A stretch of 64,000 nucleotides of DNA from Octopus sinensis (taxonomy: Eukaryota): the NCBI RefSeq assembly GCF_006345805.1, contig NC_042999.1, forward strand, positions 146,692,001-146,756,000, written 5' to 3'. Numbering within the stretch: position 1 is the stretch's first letter; every line of letters starts with the position of its first letter. The notes below the pieces were generated by a model. It was given only the letters and a program-made list of their open reading frames with translations. It ran no database searches and was not told the origin of the DNA. Position numbers and translations under genes: made by a program. Below are positions 1 through 14,255 of this stretch, in pieces.

Positions 1-1293
1 ATACAGCAAAATTTCTTTACATTTCATCTATTCGCTGCATTTCATTTGTATGTTTGTTTGTTTTTGTTTTTTTTTTGTTTGTGATATCTTTCGTTTTCTC
101 TTAATGTTAAATTAACTTCCCTTTTAATGAAGAACCTGCATATTACGGCGACGATGATCCTGATGGTGATGCCGAAGCTGATTTCGATGCTAATTGTGGT
201 ATCCATGTAAATTTATATATAACTATACACATATAAATCTAGAAACATACACACACAAACACACACACACGCACACAAACAGACACACTTACGTGCATTT
301 GTATACATACGCATGTTTATGACATATACATATACTTATATAAACGCTTGTATCTGCATATGCATATACATACATACATACATACACACATACATACATA
401 CATACACTCACACACACGCACACACATATATATATACATACATACATACATACATATATACATATATATATATATACATATATGTCCTTTTCTAAATGTT
501 AAAATCTTATTTATTATACCAAAAATATCGTAATACATAAATTTTGTTAAATTCGGATATACATTATTTATTATACAAAAAAATTATAGTAATATATAAA
601 TTTTGATGAATTTAGATACACATTCCCCACCCCGTACGCTTAATGCCTATTTAGATTTCATTTTTACCTCTTTTGTTTTCTATTTTCGGCCCCTTTTAAC
701 TGATAATAATAAAATAGTTTATGTCACCCATATCCTTCCACTTTCTGGACATATGCCTCTATCTTACTGACATCTTCTGAGACATGTTTCTTCATGTGTC
801 ATAGCGAAATTATAGCAAAAAGTAAAATAGGAGGAGGTAAGAGTATCTGATATCAATTTATTTATCATCAGCAGCTACAACTTTACTGTCAATTCCAAGT
901 AGTTTAAATTCTTAGTGGACGTAGGATACTAGCTGCATTGGCTCTTTTGATTGGGATAAGGAGAAAGATAAATGTAGCTATGTTACGATCTCTTGACACC
1001 CATTGTTCTTCTCTTCTGCCACTCCAGATTATAGTTGGGGTATTTTCACCCTAAGTTCATTCTGCTACAATGATAGCACCAGGCACGTGATTCTTTTATT
1101 CGCTAGTTCTGATGAAAAAATTTGCTAAAAAAATTATAATGGACTATCCTGTATGTTGAAAACCTATATGGTGTTATGCGTCCCATGAAAGTGGTGCATT
1201 TCAAATTGATGTAATCTTGCATTGATCGATTAAATGGAGCCGCCTGAAACAGCCGTAATGCACTAATACCTTGACATCCTTGTTACTTATTTG

Positions 1294-1327
<34 letters not shown>

Positions 1328-1579
1328 GGGATAGTATTGTTTTATGCTTTCATCCTAGAGGCTGTGGCTATGCTAGGGAACCATTAATATTATAAGGCTT
1401 TCAAAGGTTAATATTTTGTGATTGGCTTTGGTTAAGGAAGAAGTTCAATACTGCTGCCCTCGATAATACCCATCCACAAAAAAGAAAATTATTCGCTACA
1501 CGGACAATACAGACTGAAGAGCAACACATGTCAGAATAGAATAAGAAAGATCGGCAAGCACTCCAAAGAACACTTGTCT

Positions 1580-1800
1580 GTTTGTGTGTGTGTGTGTGCC
1601 TGTATTTGTTCCATCCATCGCTCGAAAACCGATGTAGGTGTGTTTAGGTCCCCGTAACTTAGCGGTTCGGCAAAAGAGACCGACACAATAAGTACTAGGC
1701 TTACAAAGAATAAGTCCCAGGGTCGATTTGTTCGACTAAAGGCGGTGCTCCAGCATGGACACAGTCAAATCACTGCAACAAGTAAAAGAATAAGAAAAAA
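1580..1800 (+). mobile_element. SINE family A, 3' half
   Basis: cttagcggttcggcaaaagagaccga..ggcggtgctccagcatgg matches the reverse complement of 31354-31560. Confidence 0.85.
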
Positions 1801-2199
1801 TACATACATGCATCTATCTATCTATCAATCTGTCTGCCTGCCTGTCTCTCTCTCTCTTCGTCTTTGCCTCTGCCTCTGTCTCTCTCTATATATATATGTG
1901 TGTATATACATACACACACATACACACACACATATATTTATAGGCATATATGTATATCTAGAGTCACATACATAGATGATGCATAAGTACTTACGCATAT
2001 ATATGCATATAAATGAAGGTGAACTAAAGATAACCACTTAAGGATATTAGAATGAGAAGCAGCGAAAATAACGAAGGAACAAAAATGCTGTACCTGTCAC
2101 GGTTTTTGATAATGGTGCTGTAACCTTGACAAGTGACAGGAAGTTATTTTGATGAAATACCTCCATAACAATTCCAGTTTAGTGGAGCCTCAAAATGAA

Positions 2200-2445
2200 A
2201 GGATGGTGATGATGATAATAGAAACAATGAGATGACGTCGATGATGTTGACGATGACGGTGACTATGGTGGTGGTGATAATGATGATTATGATAATGATG
2301 ATGGCGATAATCATGATGATGACAACAACGACGATCAAGACGATGGTGATGCCAAAGTATGACAAAGACGAGAACAACGATGACGACGATGAAAACAATG
2401 ATGATGACTATGATGATAATGAAGATGATGAAGATGAAGATACTT
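2200..2445 (+). repeat. Degenerate (GAT/GAC)n trinucleotide tract
   Basis: Direct reading; source of the poly-D/M/I ORFs. Confidence 0.9.
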
Positions 2446-2451
2446 ATTTTA

Positions 2452-2735
2452 TCGGTATTTTGGCGAACCACTAAGTTACGGAGACGTAGACACATTAACA
2501 CCGGCCGACAAGTAATGGTGGGGGACAAACACATGCATATACACACTCACGCCTGCACACACACACATATACGATGGGCTTCTTTCAGTTTCCATCAGCT
2601 AAATCCACTCAAGGCTTTGGTTGGCCCGAGGCTATGGTGGAAGACACTTGCCCAAGGCGCATCACAGTGGTACTGAAGCCGGAGCCATGTGATTGGGAAG
2701 CAAACTACTCATCGCACAGCCACGACCGCTCCTAA
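2452..2735 (-). mobile_element. SINE family A, 5' two-thirds
   Basis: cttctttcagtttcc..aaatccactc..gaagacacttgcccaagg matches 31500-31755. Confidence 0.8.
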
Positions 2736-4244
2736 AAGTTCTTAAACATCAGTTACATGAGAGAAAAGTCACTTCACGATTTCACTTTGTATTTATTTTA
2801 AATGTTTTCATATTCCTTACCTTCGCACTTTTCTTCTCTCTTTGTCTTAAATATATCCGTTCTCAAACAGGTACTTCAAATACATACGACCATGAACCTT
2901 TTATAAAACTTTGTAAATTTTATCTTTCATGTAGTACATTGTCATCTTTTCCCAATTTGGACGTAGTGCTTTCACCACTGTCTTTATATCAAACCTTATT
3001 TTGAAGGAAACTGCAGAAATCCCGTAATAAGATATTTGGTTTCTTCAACTTACCAGGTGTTATAGAGAGCAACATTGTGAGAAGTTAAAAGGAGGTCTGT
3101 GGATGAATGTATATTATTTTTATGTTGAAGATTCCTAAGTATCGAAATATTCCGGTTGCGTTTGGGTTCCCTTTACATTAGGTGTAATACGCCGTTTTGA
3201 AAGAATACTGCGCAATAAAACTGATAGTCTTTTGCAGTGTAGTACGATGTCTGTGTTTCCTTCTATCACATACCTATCTAATTTGATGCTTCTAGCTTCC
3301 ATTTTTTTAAATGTGCCTTCTGCAATAATTTGGCTCTGATTGTCATGAGATTCTATCTGTATGACTGTGGAGCAATTGCAATAACCTCACTACGGCTACA
3401 CGTCCACAACCTGTAGAATTATTCCTTGTTTAAAACGGGTAGCCACCATTAGTATGCAATAAAAACAGAAAGAAGCAAATGTGAGCTTTGTGGGGTCGCT
3501 CGACCAGCTAAAATAGTAACTAAATCTAACTTTAATTACACACTATCTGTTTTTACGGGGAATGGAATATCATGTTAGGCATTCCTATTTATTCCTAGGA
3601 ATAACGGTTTGATCATGGTTTGAATCTTCATGATTAAAGATTCGTTTCATCAAGAATAAACTTATGTCAAACAGCAAGAAGAACATCAAAAACAAAAACA
3701 AAATAATTATTACTTGTACATTCTGTATAATAACTATTATGAAAAGGAAAGTTTTCTTTGCTCTGTTCGTGTTTAGCAATAGTTAAAAATCAAAGTGGAA
3801 CAGAAAATCATATTTCAGGTTATTCACTCTTAGTATTTGGTTTTGAAATTTTATGTATCCTGAGTATAGCACAAAACTCTGTCAGCTATTTTGAACTTGT
3901 GCTATGTTTACATTTGTATCCTCATTATTTACCAATCGATTTTCAATCGACAGCAAGTGAGGCTGCATACCTTTGATAACTATTTTATAGTGGTCAGGTT
4001 TTATTATTTCTGGTTTGCGTCCCATAGTCTGTGTCAGAACGTTGCAACATAGTAGCAATATTTATAGCCTAATAAACATTTATGCTCCTAACGCCGCTGT
4101 TATCTTACCTTTACCACGACGGCAATAGTTTCCATGAACACAAAAAGCAGGTATTCACTCACAATGTTTACATTCAAAACAAGGAGACAGTCTCTAGGTG
4201 GACGTTTACTTTGCTAGGTATTCTTTTTTTTCGTCTACTTGTTT

Positions 4245-4395
4245 CATGCATTTGACAGCGGTCATGCTGGAGCACCGCGTTTAGTCGAACAAATCAAACC
4301 CAAGACTTATTCTTTGTAAACCTAGTACTTTTTCTATCGGTCTCGGTTGTCAAGCGATGGTGGAGGGGAGACAAAGACACACACACAAATACATA
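4245..4395 (-). mobile_element. SINE family A, 3' fragment
   Basis: gcggtcatgctggagcaccgc..tttagtcga..gacttattctttgtaa. Confidence 0.8.
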
Positions 4396-4424
4396 CCTTA
4401 TATATATATATATATATAATGTAT

Positions 4425-4483
<59 letters not shown>

Positions 4484-4524
4484 TTATATATATAATGTAT
4501 ATGTATATATAATATATATATATA

Positions 4525-4720
4525 GCAAACTTGGTGAGAGTGATGAGGAATGTATTTCGCACTTGTGACTATGGAATTGGAAAGACGTATATAACACTTC
4601 ATCCACCGCATGCAGTTCTCTGACTACAACCAAAGGGACAAAATTAGAATGTACAAAGAAGCCAGGGCTAAGTACAAAGCCACCATATCGCACGCACACA
4701 TCATCATGCAAGTAGTTTAT
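4525..4720 (+). mobile_element. Probable Penelope-like element protein relic (RT thumb/linker region)
   Basis: Translation with one frameshift and a stop: LVRVMRNV/HLVTMELERRI*HFIHRMQFSDYNQRDKIRMYKEARAKYKATI. This resembles the MRN..RMQFSGY motif I recall downstream of RT in marine-invertebrate PLEs. Recognised by eye only. Confidence 0.5.
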
Positions 4721-5800
4721 AATGCCCAATAGTGACAGATATTTAATTCAATCTACGTTGCAAATATTTCTTGGGGATATACAATATATCCAGCAATTTC
4801 ACTTTCAAGCAATCAGATAAAATTAATGCGGGTTTGTAACAGACTAAAAGCTGAATTAAAGTGATTGGACTCATATCAGAAACAAAATTATGTAGACGGA
4901 GTGGAGGAAACTGGAAAATGGTATTTTCTTTACACAACATTATTGTTCTAAATTCTAAATTTTGGCCGGAGTTAACCGTGTCGTTTAACCTTTTTGAGAC
5001 GATAAAATACCGAGATTGATGTACCGACGTATGCTTTTCTCGAACTTTCAAACGCCCAAGTTAGGAATCCTGATTTACTAAACCGGGTGGAATGTTCATA
5101 GCGTATATAAATCGTTTCAATATTTAATCTAGTGTTCTGATAGGTTGACCACGAACTTTTCAAGGTCACTGTCCATAAAGACACGACGGAGACCCAAATA
5201 AGTTTCAGTGATAACACAGAAGAGAATTTCACTAATGTCTTTTATATTTGGAGAAGGCGAGATGATACATTGTTTGGATGCAGTGAGAGATGACAAGCAG
5301 TCACAATTTGACCTTTGCTGGGTGGGATACACTGCATTGTTATTTCAGCAGTTCTAGTCGAAAAGGATAATATCTTCTCAAAGGTACGTCACCAAGTCAC
5401 TGCCGTTAGTGGACACAAAGTTTTGATAAATAAATGTTTTTGTAGTTTATGAAGCCACATTTCTTCGGTTTTATTCGTATTCAATTCTTTCATCACCATT
5501 GATGCACTGATACACATACATTAGATTGACAACAATTGTACTCCTACAGAATAAAATATTGCAAATTAAGATAGGCACAATGAAATACAATAGTCAGAAA
5601 TTAGTTTGGTTGGATCAATAAGTTTTCATACGAGATGTGAGCAAATTTAAATATCTTATACATTACAAATGTATAAAAGGATATATAGAAACATACACAT
5701 AAGCACAAGCACGTATATGTAAATATAGACACATACATATATGAATATGTAAGTATCTACGTGTGTCTCCACTAGATTATTCTATATCCTTAGTTACATG

Positions 5801-5839
<39 letters not shown>

Positions 5840-5890
5840 ACACACATATATATATATATACATATATGTATGTATGTATGTATATATATA

Positions 5891-5935
<45 letters not shown>

Positions 5936-7249
5936 GTGTATATATACGTAAATATATATGTGTATGTATGAATAAATTTCATATGAATTAATATACATAT
6001 GCAATATTCATATGTTAGTATTAATACACACAAACACACACATCTATTAATATGTATATTTCTATGCGTATAAAAATAAATACGTATATCTATATATAGG
6101 TGATCTGTGAGTGATTGAGTGAGTGTGTGTGTATGTATGTTTATATATGAGAGCCTGTGCTTATCTGATAGTCTAAAATAAATTGAATTTAAAGTTAAAT
6201 CCTCTCATGCGAGAGGATTTATCTGATTTCATGTCTACCATATTGTAATAATTCTAAATCGGTTATCTAATTTCTTATTCATTCATCGATTATTCTTTCT
6301 TTAGATGTAGTTTTCGAACAATTCATAGACATTTCAATTTCATATCCAATTTTCTGTCGGTATTCTAGGAGACATTGATTTAATGAAGCTTATCTACCTT
6401 TAAGCATGATCATATACATCTGAAGTGAATGAGTCGACATGGAGCCTTTACATGGTGGATTGATCTGAGAGAAACAGGAACCAAATCATCCTAAATCGTA
6501 CCTTACTGTCTTAGGAAATAAAGGTCACTCAGGATAATATTATATTAAATTCATTAATTTAGAACAATTCAAAGACGAGATGGTCTTGGATGGAAAGACT
6601 TTGAGATTGACAACAACAACAACTAGGTAGGTAATTAATACAGTCAGCACAAATAAGCCGCGAGTATTATGTTTCCCTGACGTATTAGCTAATATACATG
6701 ATTGATTTATATTAAGAAAGATATCCAAACTTCTTCGGTCAATGAAATCGTCCACGTCAGCATATTATCATGCTTAATTTTCGCTCAAATGCATAGTGGA
6801 TAATAGGGTGGAAAGGCATCAAACAATTTCATTTCCTTTCTTAAATAACTTTATTAATTTCGCAAACCAAAACTTAGTGAATTTGTGACATCTTAGAGAA
6901 TATAATTTCTCTTTATCTGCACCCTTATATCTATATAGATTGCAATTGTTCAATGGTACTTCTGCCCTTACTCAAAAATAGCAGTGAAACAGAAATACGC
7001 GCGGCTGACACCAGCGATCGTAAATCAAGAACATATCAGATATCAATTTTCTCATGTAGACTGACAAAAATGCTTAACGATTGGAATGCGTTAAATACCA
7101 GGTATGACCAATCACTGGAGTTTGAATAACAATAACCATTTTAAGTTTCGTTGATCAAAGTCTTGATAAATAATTCTTATGTGCGAATGAGGGGGAAATT
7201 CAAAAGATAATTTATATCTAAAATAGTTATGATATTCTTTTGCATTTTC

Positions 7250-7284
<35 letters not shown>

Positions 7285-7854
7285 GAAAGTAAGAAGGAAA
7301 ATAAGTGAAAATGCATATTGGAAATAAAAAAAAGTAAAGGCATTTTATGAAAAGCAACGATAGATATATACAACGAGATGAACTGAGGTAGGAACAAAAA
7401 TAATCAAAGTCATTATTATGATTGTTTCGTAATTACTAATCATTGCTTTGAATGCACACCGATTAATGAACGATGTCAGGTCTATTAGTTCCTGAGAAAA
7501 AAGATTATGTGTAAGGGAGGTAAGTAGTTCTGGATTTGGTGCAATTGGGGTAGTCATAGATCTGTAAAGTGAATGGTGTATGGGATATTTGGGGGTTAGT
7601 GGTATTGATTGAAAGGTTAGTAGTGTTCTATATTATGTTATGTGTTGGGGAAGGTATTTATTGATGAAAGTTGGCGCTTTATTCACTTTTTGTTGCACTG
7701 AGGTGTTCTGATACGTTTATGAATTTGCGTTTGAAGATTCCTGATGTGAAACCAAGTGTTGAAACAGATATTGTTGTATTTGGAGATGGTCATATTTCTT
7801 TTTAATTTGCCAACTAAAAACATGCACTATATATTCGTCCTACACTCGTTTATT

Positions 7855-8574
7855 ACTGTTTCGAGAAGCCTAATTTCTCAAGATTGGTATTTAGGTAGTG
7901 TGTTACATAGCCCAGCGCCCCTAATAATTACAGGTCTAAACATGAAGTTGTAATCTAGATAGAGTAGCTGCAGATTTCTCAATAGTTCAGCATAGGTGAT
8001 CTCTTTTTCACTGATCTTCACCTTTATGTTAACATCCGCTGGGCAGCTAATTTCCTCCACATTGCACAGTTTCTCTTGTAACAGGATCAGTTTCGGTATC
8101 ACTGGAGGGGTGTCCGATCTGGTCCCCTCACATTCAATTTTAGTTAAAATAACAGACAAGTCAGGCGAACAACGAACACAGCAAAATGTTGTTTATTTCT
8201 CGTCGTAATGTAGAACTGGTGTACTTGTTCTCTGGAGGGAAACCGACAGCCGAATCTGTAGTACTGATTCTTGTTTGTTAGTAGAAATGATTCGTCGTGG
8301 TTCGCTGCTAGGTTGGTATGAAGTCCTCAGAGACTGCCAGTACACGTCCGTTCACGAGTGCTGCTAGGGCCAGAAAGAATGAATGAGCGAACCGCGTTTT
8401 AGGGGTCAGTTTCCCGCACATGCACATGGGGAAGACTTCCGGTGGCCAACCGGAAGTAATGCCATTCTGCGCATGTGCGCTGAATCTTACACAGCAGCAT
8501 CACTACACTCTTCTCTATGCCAAATCATTTTATCAGGTATGTTATGCTTACATTTTCTTGAGGTCTTCACTGGG
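7855..8574 (-). mobile_element. RLE non-LTR retrotransposon C-terminal relic, interrupted by a solo LTR at 8077-8507
   Basis: Joining 8508-8574 to 7855-8076 restores PVKTSRKCKHNIPDKMIWHREEKLCNVEEISCPADVNIKVKISEKEITYAELLRNLQLLY..PVII/GALGYVTHYLNTNLEKLGFSK, an RLE PD..E.SCP..K domain with one frameshift. Confidence 0.8.
8077..8507 (-). mobile_element. Solo LTR (431 bp), probably Ty3/gypsy type
   Basis: Termini are TGTA...TACA, flanked by a 4-bp duplication CTCT (8073-8076 and 8508-8511). AATAAA lies on the minus strand near 8192-8197. Removing the insert and one TSD restores the host reading frame. The superfamily assignment is inferred from TSD length only. Confidence 0.85.
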
Positions 8575-9379
8575 TCATGTATGCATGTATATTATGTAGC
8601 TGATATGAACATTCGTTTCCTTCAGACTTTCTCCAGTCATGAATCTTCTACACATCATGTTAACAGTACACATTAAACCGTTATTATTTCCATAAATAAA
8701 ACCTTGAAAACGTCTTTCCATGCAGCCACTCATTTGACACTTGATTTTATTGACTCAGAAATAGTGAAAGTCAAACCTGGCCATGTAGAGATATGCAAAC
8801 CATTCTACCAACGCCCAAACGATTCTGACAGCTCACCGTTTTACACTTATATTAATACGCGTTTCTATTGCGTTCTATTTTAAGTGATTATTTCTCCTAC
8901 CTCTCATTTGACTCCAACTTTACATACACGAATACATCCTTATCTCTAATTTGTTGAACCCTTTCTGTCATTTATCTAATTCATGAATATTTAGTATGAT
9001 CTCTTCGACACCTACGCATTTTCCCAACTTCTGTTATACAGCATTTTTTTACATTACTCTTAACTCCTTAGATAGCAATAGCTCATTTTTCTTTCGCTTT
9101 CTTCACGTGCATTAATTTTTGATCACTGCTTTTCTTTGAACCATAATCTCTCCCAGTCTTTTAATCTCTTCCATTTCAATTATTTCTTATATGTGTGAAT
9201 TTCATTTTTCGATTTACTGTCAGAACAACAATGAACCAGGGGTTCACTAAAGCCTTTGAGGCTGAGGCTTGATGATAAAGCAAGTCCAGACGCTACATCA
9301 AGCTACAATGTGCCTTGAACATGTAAGGAACATCCATTCCTTGCATACTCGCCTTAACATAACTGACTCTGAAAAATCA

Positions 9380-9408
9380 AATATATATATATATATATAC
9401 ACATGTGA

Positions 9409-9447
<39 letters not shown>

Positions 9448-9549
9448 AACACACACACAAATATATATATAGATATGAATATGTATAGAGATATATAGAT
9501 ATATACATATATGCGTGTGGGTTTGTATAAATACACACAAACACATCTG

Positions 9550-9602
<53 letters not shown>

Positions 9603-9608
9603 TATCTA

Positions 9609-9662
<54 letters not shown>

Positions 9663-9994
9663 ATCTTGTTATACACACACTTATATGAATATATATCACA
9701 TTATATATATATATGAATAATATATATGTGTAAATATATATGTCTATACATTTATACAAGTTTTATTCATTCATATATAAATCTGTGCACTTTATATTGA
9801 TAGATATGTATTTGTATGGATATATTATACATATGCGTGTGGGTGTTTGTATTATAATATCACAAGGCAAACTATTCCTTTATATAATGAATAGATTTCT
9901 TTTAGAACATCTATTTCTGGTTAATTTCACAAAGTGTTCATTTCAACACATTTGCAAGACAACTTTCAATGAAATATTTGAATATTCTTGTGTT

Positions 9995-10026
<32 letters not shown>

Positions 10027-10102
10027 CGCCAACACATGTGGTTCATACTTCATTTTACACCAGCTTAACAGGTAAGTAAATAAACCTTTTAGCTATGCTT
10101 GC

Positions 10103-10135
<33 letters not shown>

Positions 10136-10359
10136 TGTATGTATGTATGTATGTATGTATGTATGTATGTATATATGTATGTATGTATGTATGTATGCAT
10201 GTATTGTATATATGTATGTAAATATATGTGTGTGTGTGTTTGTGTGTATGTATATATATATAAATAAATATATTTACTTATATATATATATCTGTATATA
10301 TATATATGTATATATATATATGTATATATACATATGTATATATACATATGTATGTATAT

Positions 10360-10407
<48 letters not shown>

Positions 10408-10410
10408 GTA
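9380..10410. repeat. Compound (TA)/(TATC)/(TATG) microsatellite cluster
   Basis: Direct reading. Similar clusters lie at 240-485, 4395-4523, 5805-5950, 15400-15885, 18065-18310, 18790-18925, 20590-21050, 37140-37700, 47618-47820 and 54163-54325. Confidence 0.95.
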
Positions 10411-11029
10411 TATCAAAATGGTTTAGCGAAAAGTGAACTACCAAAAAGAATTTGTCATTCAATAAAGTTGTTATGTATATTATTTACTCATTTTTTTTTT
10501 CGTTTCGTTTCACACCTTTTATATAACTTACGATAATTTTATATCTTAATACATTTATGCCATATTACTTCTACCATCACAGCTCCCAGCTGCGAAAAGT
10601 AAATGATATACATAAATACGAAAGTTGGGGGAAAGATAAATAAATATTTCAATATATAGATAGATGGATGAATAAAGAAATAAATTAGACAGGAAAACGT
10701 GTATCGAAACTTTAATATATTCGAAGCAGCTGTAAAATTGCGAGAGTGACAGATGTGTTCATGCTAAAACGTCTCTCGCCTCCCATTCGCTCTCCTCGTC
10801 TCTGTGCACTTCTCTCGCTTCACATTTTCAAATCACTATCGTTTTCTCCATATTCAGATTAGCGATTTAATCTTACATCAATGTTGATATTTATGGATGT
10901 TATTATACATTAGACGGCTAGGAATTCATTTTACTGCCGAATATACTCTACATTTTCAATGCATATATGTAAATATGGATGGTTGGGTTATTGTATCTAT
11001 ACATGCATATGCATCTATAGATGTTTGTG

Positions 11030-11067
<38 letters not shown>

Positions 11068-11246
11068 TATAGATACACATACCTATATGTATATACATAT
11101 TATATACATACACATATACATGTATATATATATATGTGTGTTCGTGAGTGCGTGTGTTATATTGCTCTAGCATAGCCACAACTTTAGGGCTCAAATGTAT
11201 AATAAATAATAGAATATATATATATATGTATATGATCCATTAAAAG

Positions 11247-11517
<271 letters not shown>

Positions 11518-11992
11518 TGGGATCAATTCAAATCCACTGTGCAATTTTAAATTGACCTAACACTTCAGTTGTCATATGACAAAACTATATGTGGGAAGGT
11601 TAACTGAAATGAATTAATAGCTTTTAAAATATTTTCGTTAAAGCTTGAATTTGTGCACCATTATTGCTCATAGATATATAAACCTTTCCGCATATTCTTA
11701 TCCTAAACTGAGAATTATCAGTAAAATGATCGTTAGTAGAAAAGCTGCCATCGCTCCCGGTTTCTATAAAATAAATCTGAAGTATTAATAAATATTTTAA
11801 AATTCAATACATATTTTCGTGCTCGTTTTTGTTAAGCGAAAGATTCGTCTCAGATTATTTGTTCAAAATATCTATTGTATCAAATTGTCGACTTCTAAAT
11901 TGTACAACCAAAAGACAGTTACGCTTTCGACAATGTTGATCACAGAATCTCCTGTAAGAAACTATTCCCCCTTGGATTACGAGTGAAACATG

Positions 11993-12391
11993 TAAACTGA
12001 AAGAAGCCCGTCGTACATGCATACATACATACATGCATACACACACACACATCTGTGTATCTTTGTGTCTGTGTTTGTCCCCCACCACCACTTGACAAAC
12101 GGTGTTAATGTGTTACGTTCCCGAATCTTAGCGGTTCGGCAAAAAAATACCCTGTGGTCGATTTGTTCGACCAAAATCCCTTCAAGACTGTCTCCCAGCA
12201 CGGCCGCAGTCAAAACAACTGATAGAAGTAAAAGGCTTCTTTCAGTTTCCGTCTACCAAATCCACTCACAAGACTTTGCTCGACACGGAGCTATATCAGA
12301 AGACACTTACCCAAGGTGTCATGCGGTGGGACTGAACCAGGAACCACGTAGCTGGAAAGCAAGCTTCTTGCTACACAGGCACAATGCGCCT
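11993..12391. mobile_element. Two SINE family A halves in opposite orientation (3' half +, 5' half -)
   Basis: 11993-12236 matches the plus 3' half. 12236-12391 matches the minus 5' half. Confidence 0.75.
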
Positions 12392-13829
12392 ATATTGAAA
12401 TTTTTAAGAAATGGTTTTGGATTCCAGTAGGTTCGACTTTAATTGTAGTACTCAATACTGCGTGCCATTCCTTTTGTCCACACTAGCATTACTATATATG
12501 TATACGCTGTCTCCAATCAACCATCAAGATTGATGCGTCTGACAACGCCAACGAAATATTTTGTAATATGGAGCTTTTGAGTTTGTGCGTGTGCGCTCAC
12601 GCGCGCATGTATATATGTTATGCATGTATGTGTGCCGCTGCATGTATATATATGAACGCATACATATAGCGGCGTGTCGTTTGAATCAACGAAACCTACA
12701 TCGCCATTGCTAGTACTAGTTTACCAACTACTCACGTAGCAACTCTAAAAAACTTTGAGTCAAGGACAACAGTGCGATTATTCACGCTTACTCTGTTCGT
12801 GTGTTCTATGGTATTATGTGCTTAGTATGTAGCTTTTTTTCATTAAGTAAAGGGTAAGAACAAATATAATGGTATTACTATTATCATGTGCTTAATATAT
12901 ATTTTTAAAAGTAAGAAATAAGAACAAACATACAGAAATTACTATGAGAGTTGAAAAAAGCCACTTTTCGTTACTCCATCATGACTCTTTATTTCAAGAG
13001 CGAAGTGATTAAAAGGCAATAATATGCACCGTAAGTAATTTCCTGTTATTCATTCCGCCTTGCTTATTGACGCCATATTGTATGAAAAAAGAAATAATAA
13101 CGAATGATAATAACAAAAGTCGCAAAAAAAGAAACGAAAAATACACTCAGTCGTTCCAACTCTTTTATTTATTGTAGAATAGCTGAATAATATTTCCAGT
13201 TAAGATTGTTTTATTACCTTTTTGTTATTTGTATCACTGCCATAAAGAACACAACCGTAAACGGAAATTAACTAGATCGCGTTTGTCATTAAATATATTA
13301 ATGTTTATCAGAAAAGTTTCGTGATAATATTAATTTCTTTCATGAAATCAAGGCTTCCCCCTCCATCGCCAGCAGGTCGAACAGAAGAACTATTGTTAAA
13401 ATGTTCGCACATTTCACACTCTAAAACTTAGGTGTGATCTGAAAAAGAGCAAAATACGCTTGAATTGGGAATTGTGAATCGAAACTGGAAATTATTTCAG
13501 CTCTACGACTGTCATTTCAGACGTGTGGCTTCTTATTCATGTACACAAAGATGCATATTTTTGGTTAGATTAATTTTAAATGGGAAGTTGTCATATTTCT
13601 GCATTTCAAAAGGGCATCAGTGGTGCTTACATCTCTTATTTGAACACCCATGAGGGAGAGTACCAAATAACGATTTCCTGTATAGTAAATTTCGCCAACC
13701 TCAATACTTTTTTAGTGGGTTTGAATCTGCTATCATATCAATGTTGGTCCCTCAATCCGTCATTTTCTTCAATTTCACCGCGTTAAACAATAAAAATGTT
13801 GTTTCCCATCCCTAGGCATAAGGAAGATT

Positions 13830-14255
13830 ACTGTCGATTACTGGTACTCTGTTGTGTCGTCTTTTAGCTGTGCTTCATTTTATCGTTCTTTACTATATTT
13901 TAGGCACAAGGTCCGAAATGTTGGGGAAAGGGGCCAGTCGATTAGATCGACCCCGAAAGGATGAAAGGCAAAGTCGACCTCGGCGGAATTTGAACTCAGA
14001 ATGTAACGGCAGACGAAATACCTATTTCTTTATTACCCACAAGGGGCTAAACACAGAGGGGACAAACAAAGACAGACATAGGTATTAAGTCGATTACACC
14101 GACCCCAGTGCGTAACTGGTACTTAATTTATCGACCCCGAAAGGATGAAAGGCAAAGTCGACCTTGGCGGAATTTGAACTCACAACGTAACGCAGACGAA
14201 ATACCGCTACGCATTTCGCCCGGCGTGCTAACGTGTCTGCCAGCTCGCCGCCTTC
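13830..14255 (-). mobile_element. Tandem/nested SINE family B copies
   Basis: cgaccccgaaaggatgaaaggcaaagtcgacct..ggaatttgaactca occurs twice (about 13948 and 14132). Confidence 0.85.

Noticed and set aside
5145-5385. Open frame VDHELFKVTVHKD.. with a downstream AG|GTACGT
   Set aside because: An in-frame stop precedes the donor, and I could not assign it to a gene or an element on either strand.
6939-7101. Possible plus-strand exon (pyrimidine tract-AG, open frame, CAG|GTATGA)
   Set aside because: The peptide is unrecognisable and no compatible neighbouring exons were found; such signals arise by chance in 64 kb.
7878-8159. 93-aa ORF as a standalone protein
   Set aside because: It is a chimera: the N-terminal part is LTR sequence and the rest is a frameshifted RLE relic.
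13020-13090. YY1-like GACGCCATATTG and a GTAAGT donor suggesting a promoter or first exon
   Set aside because: Isolated short motifs with no other promoter evidence.
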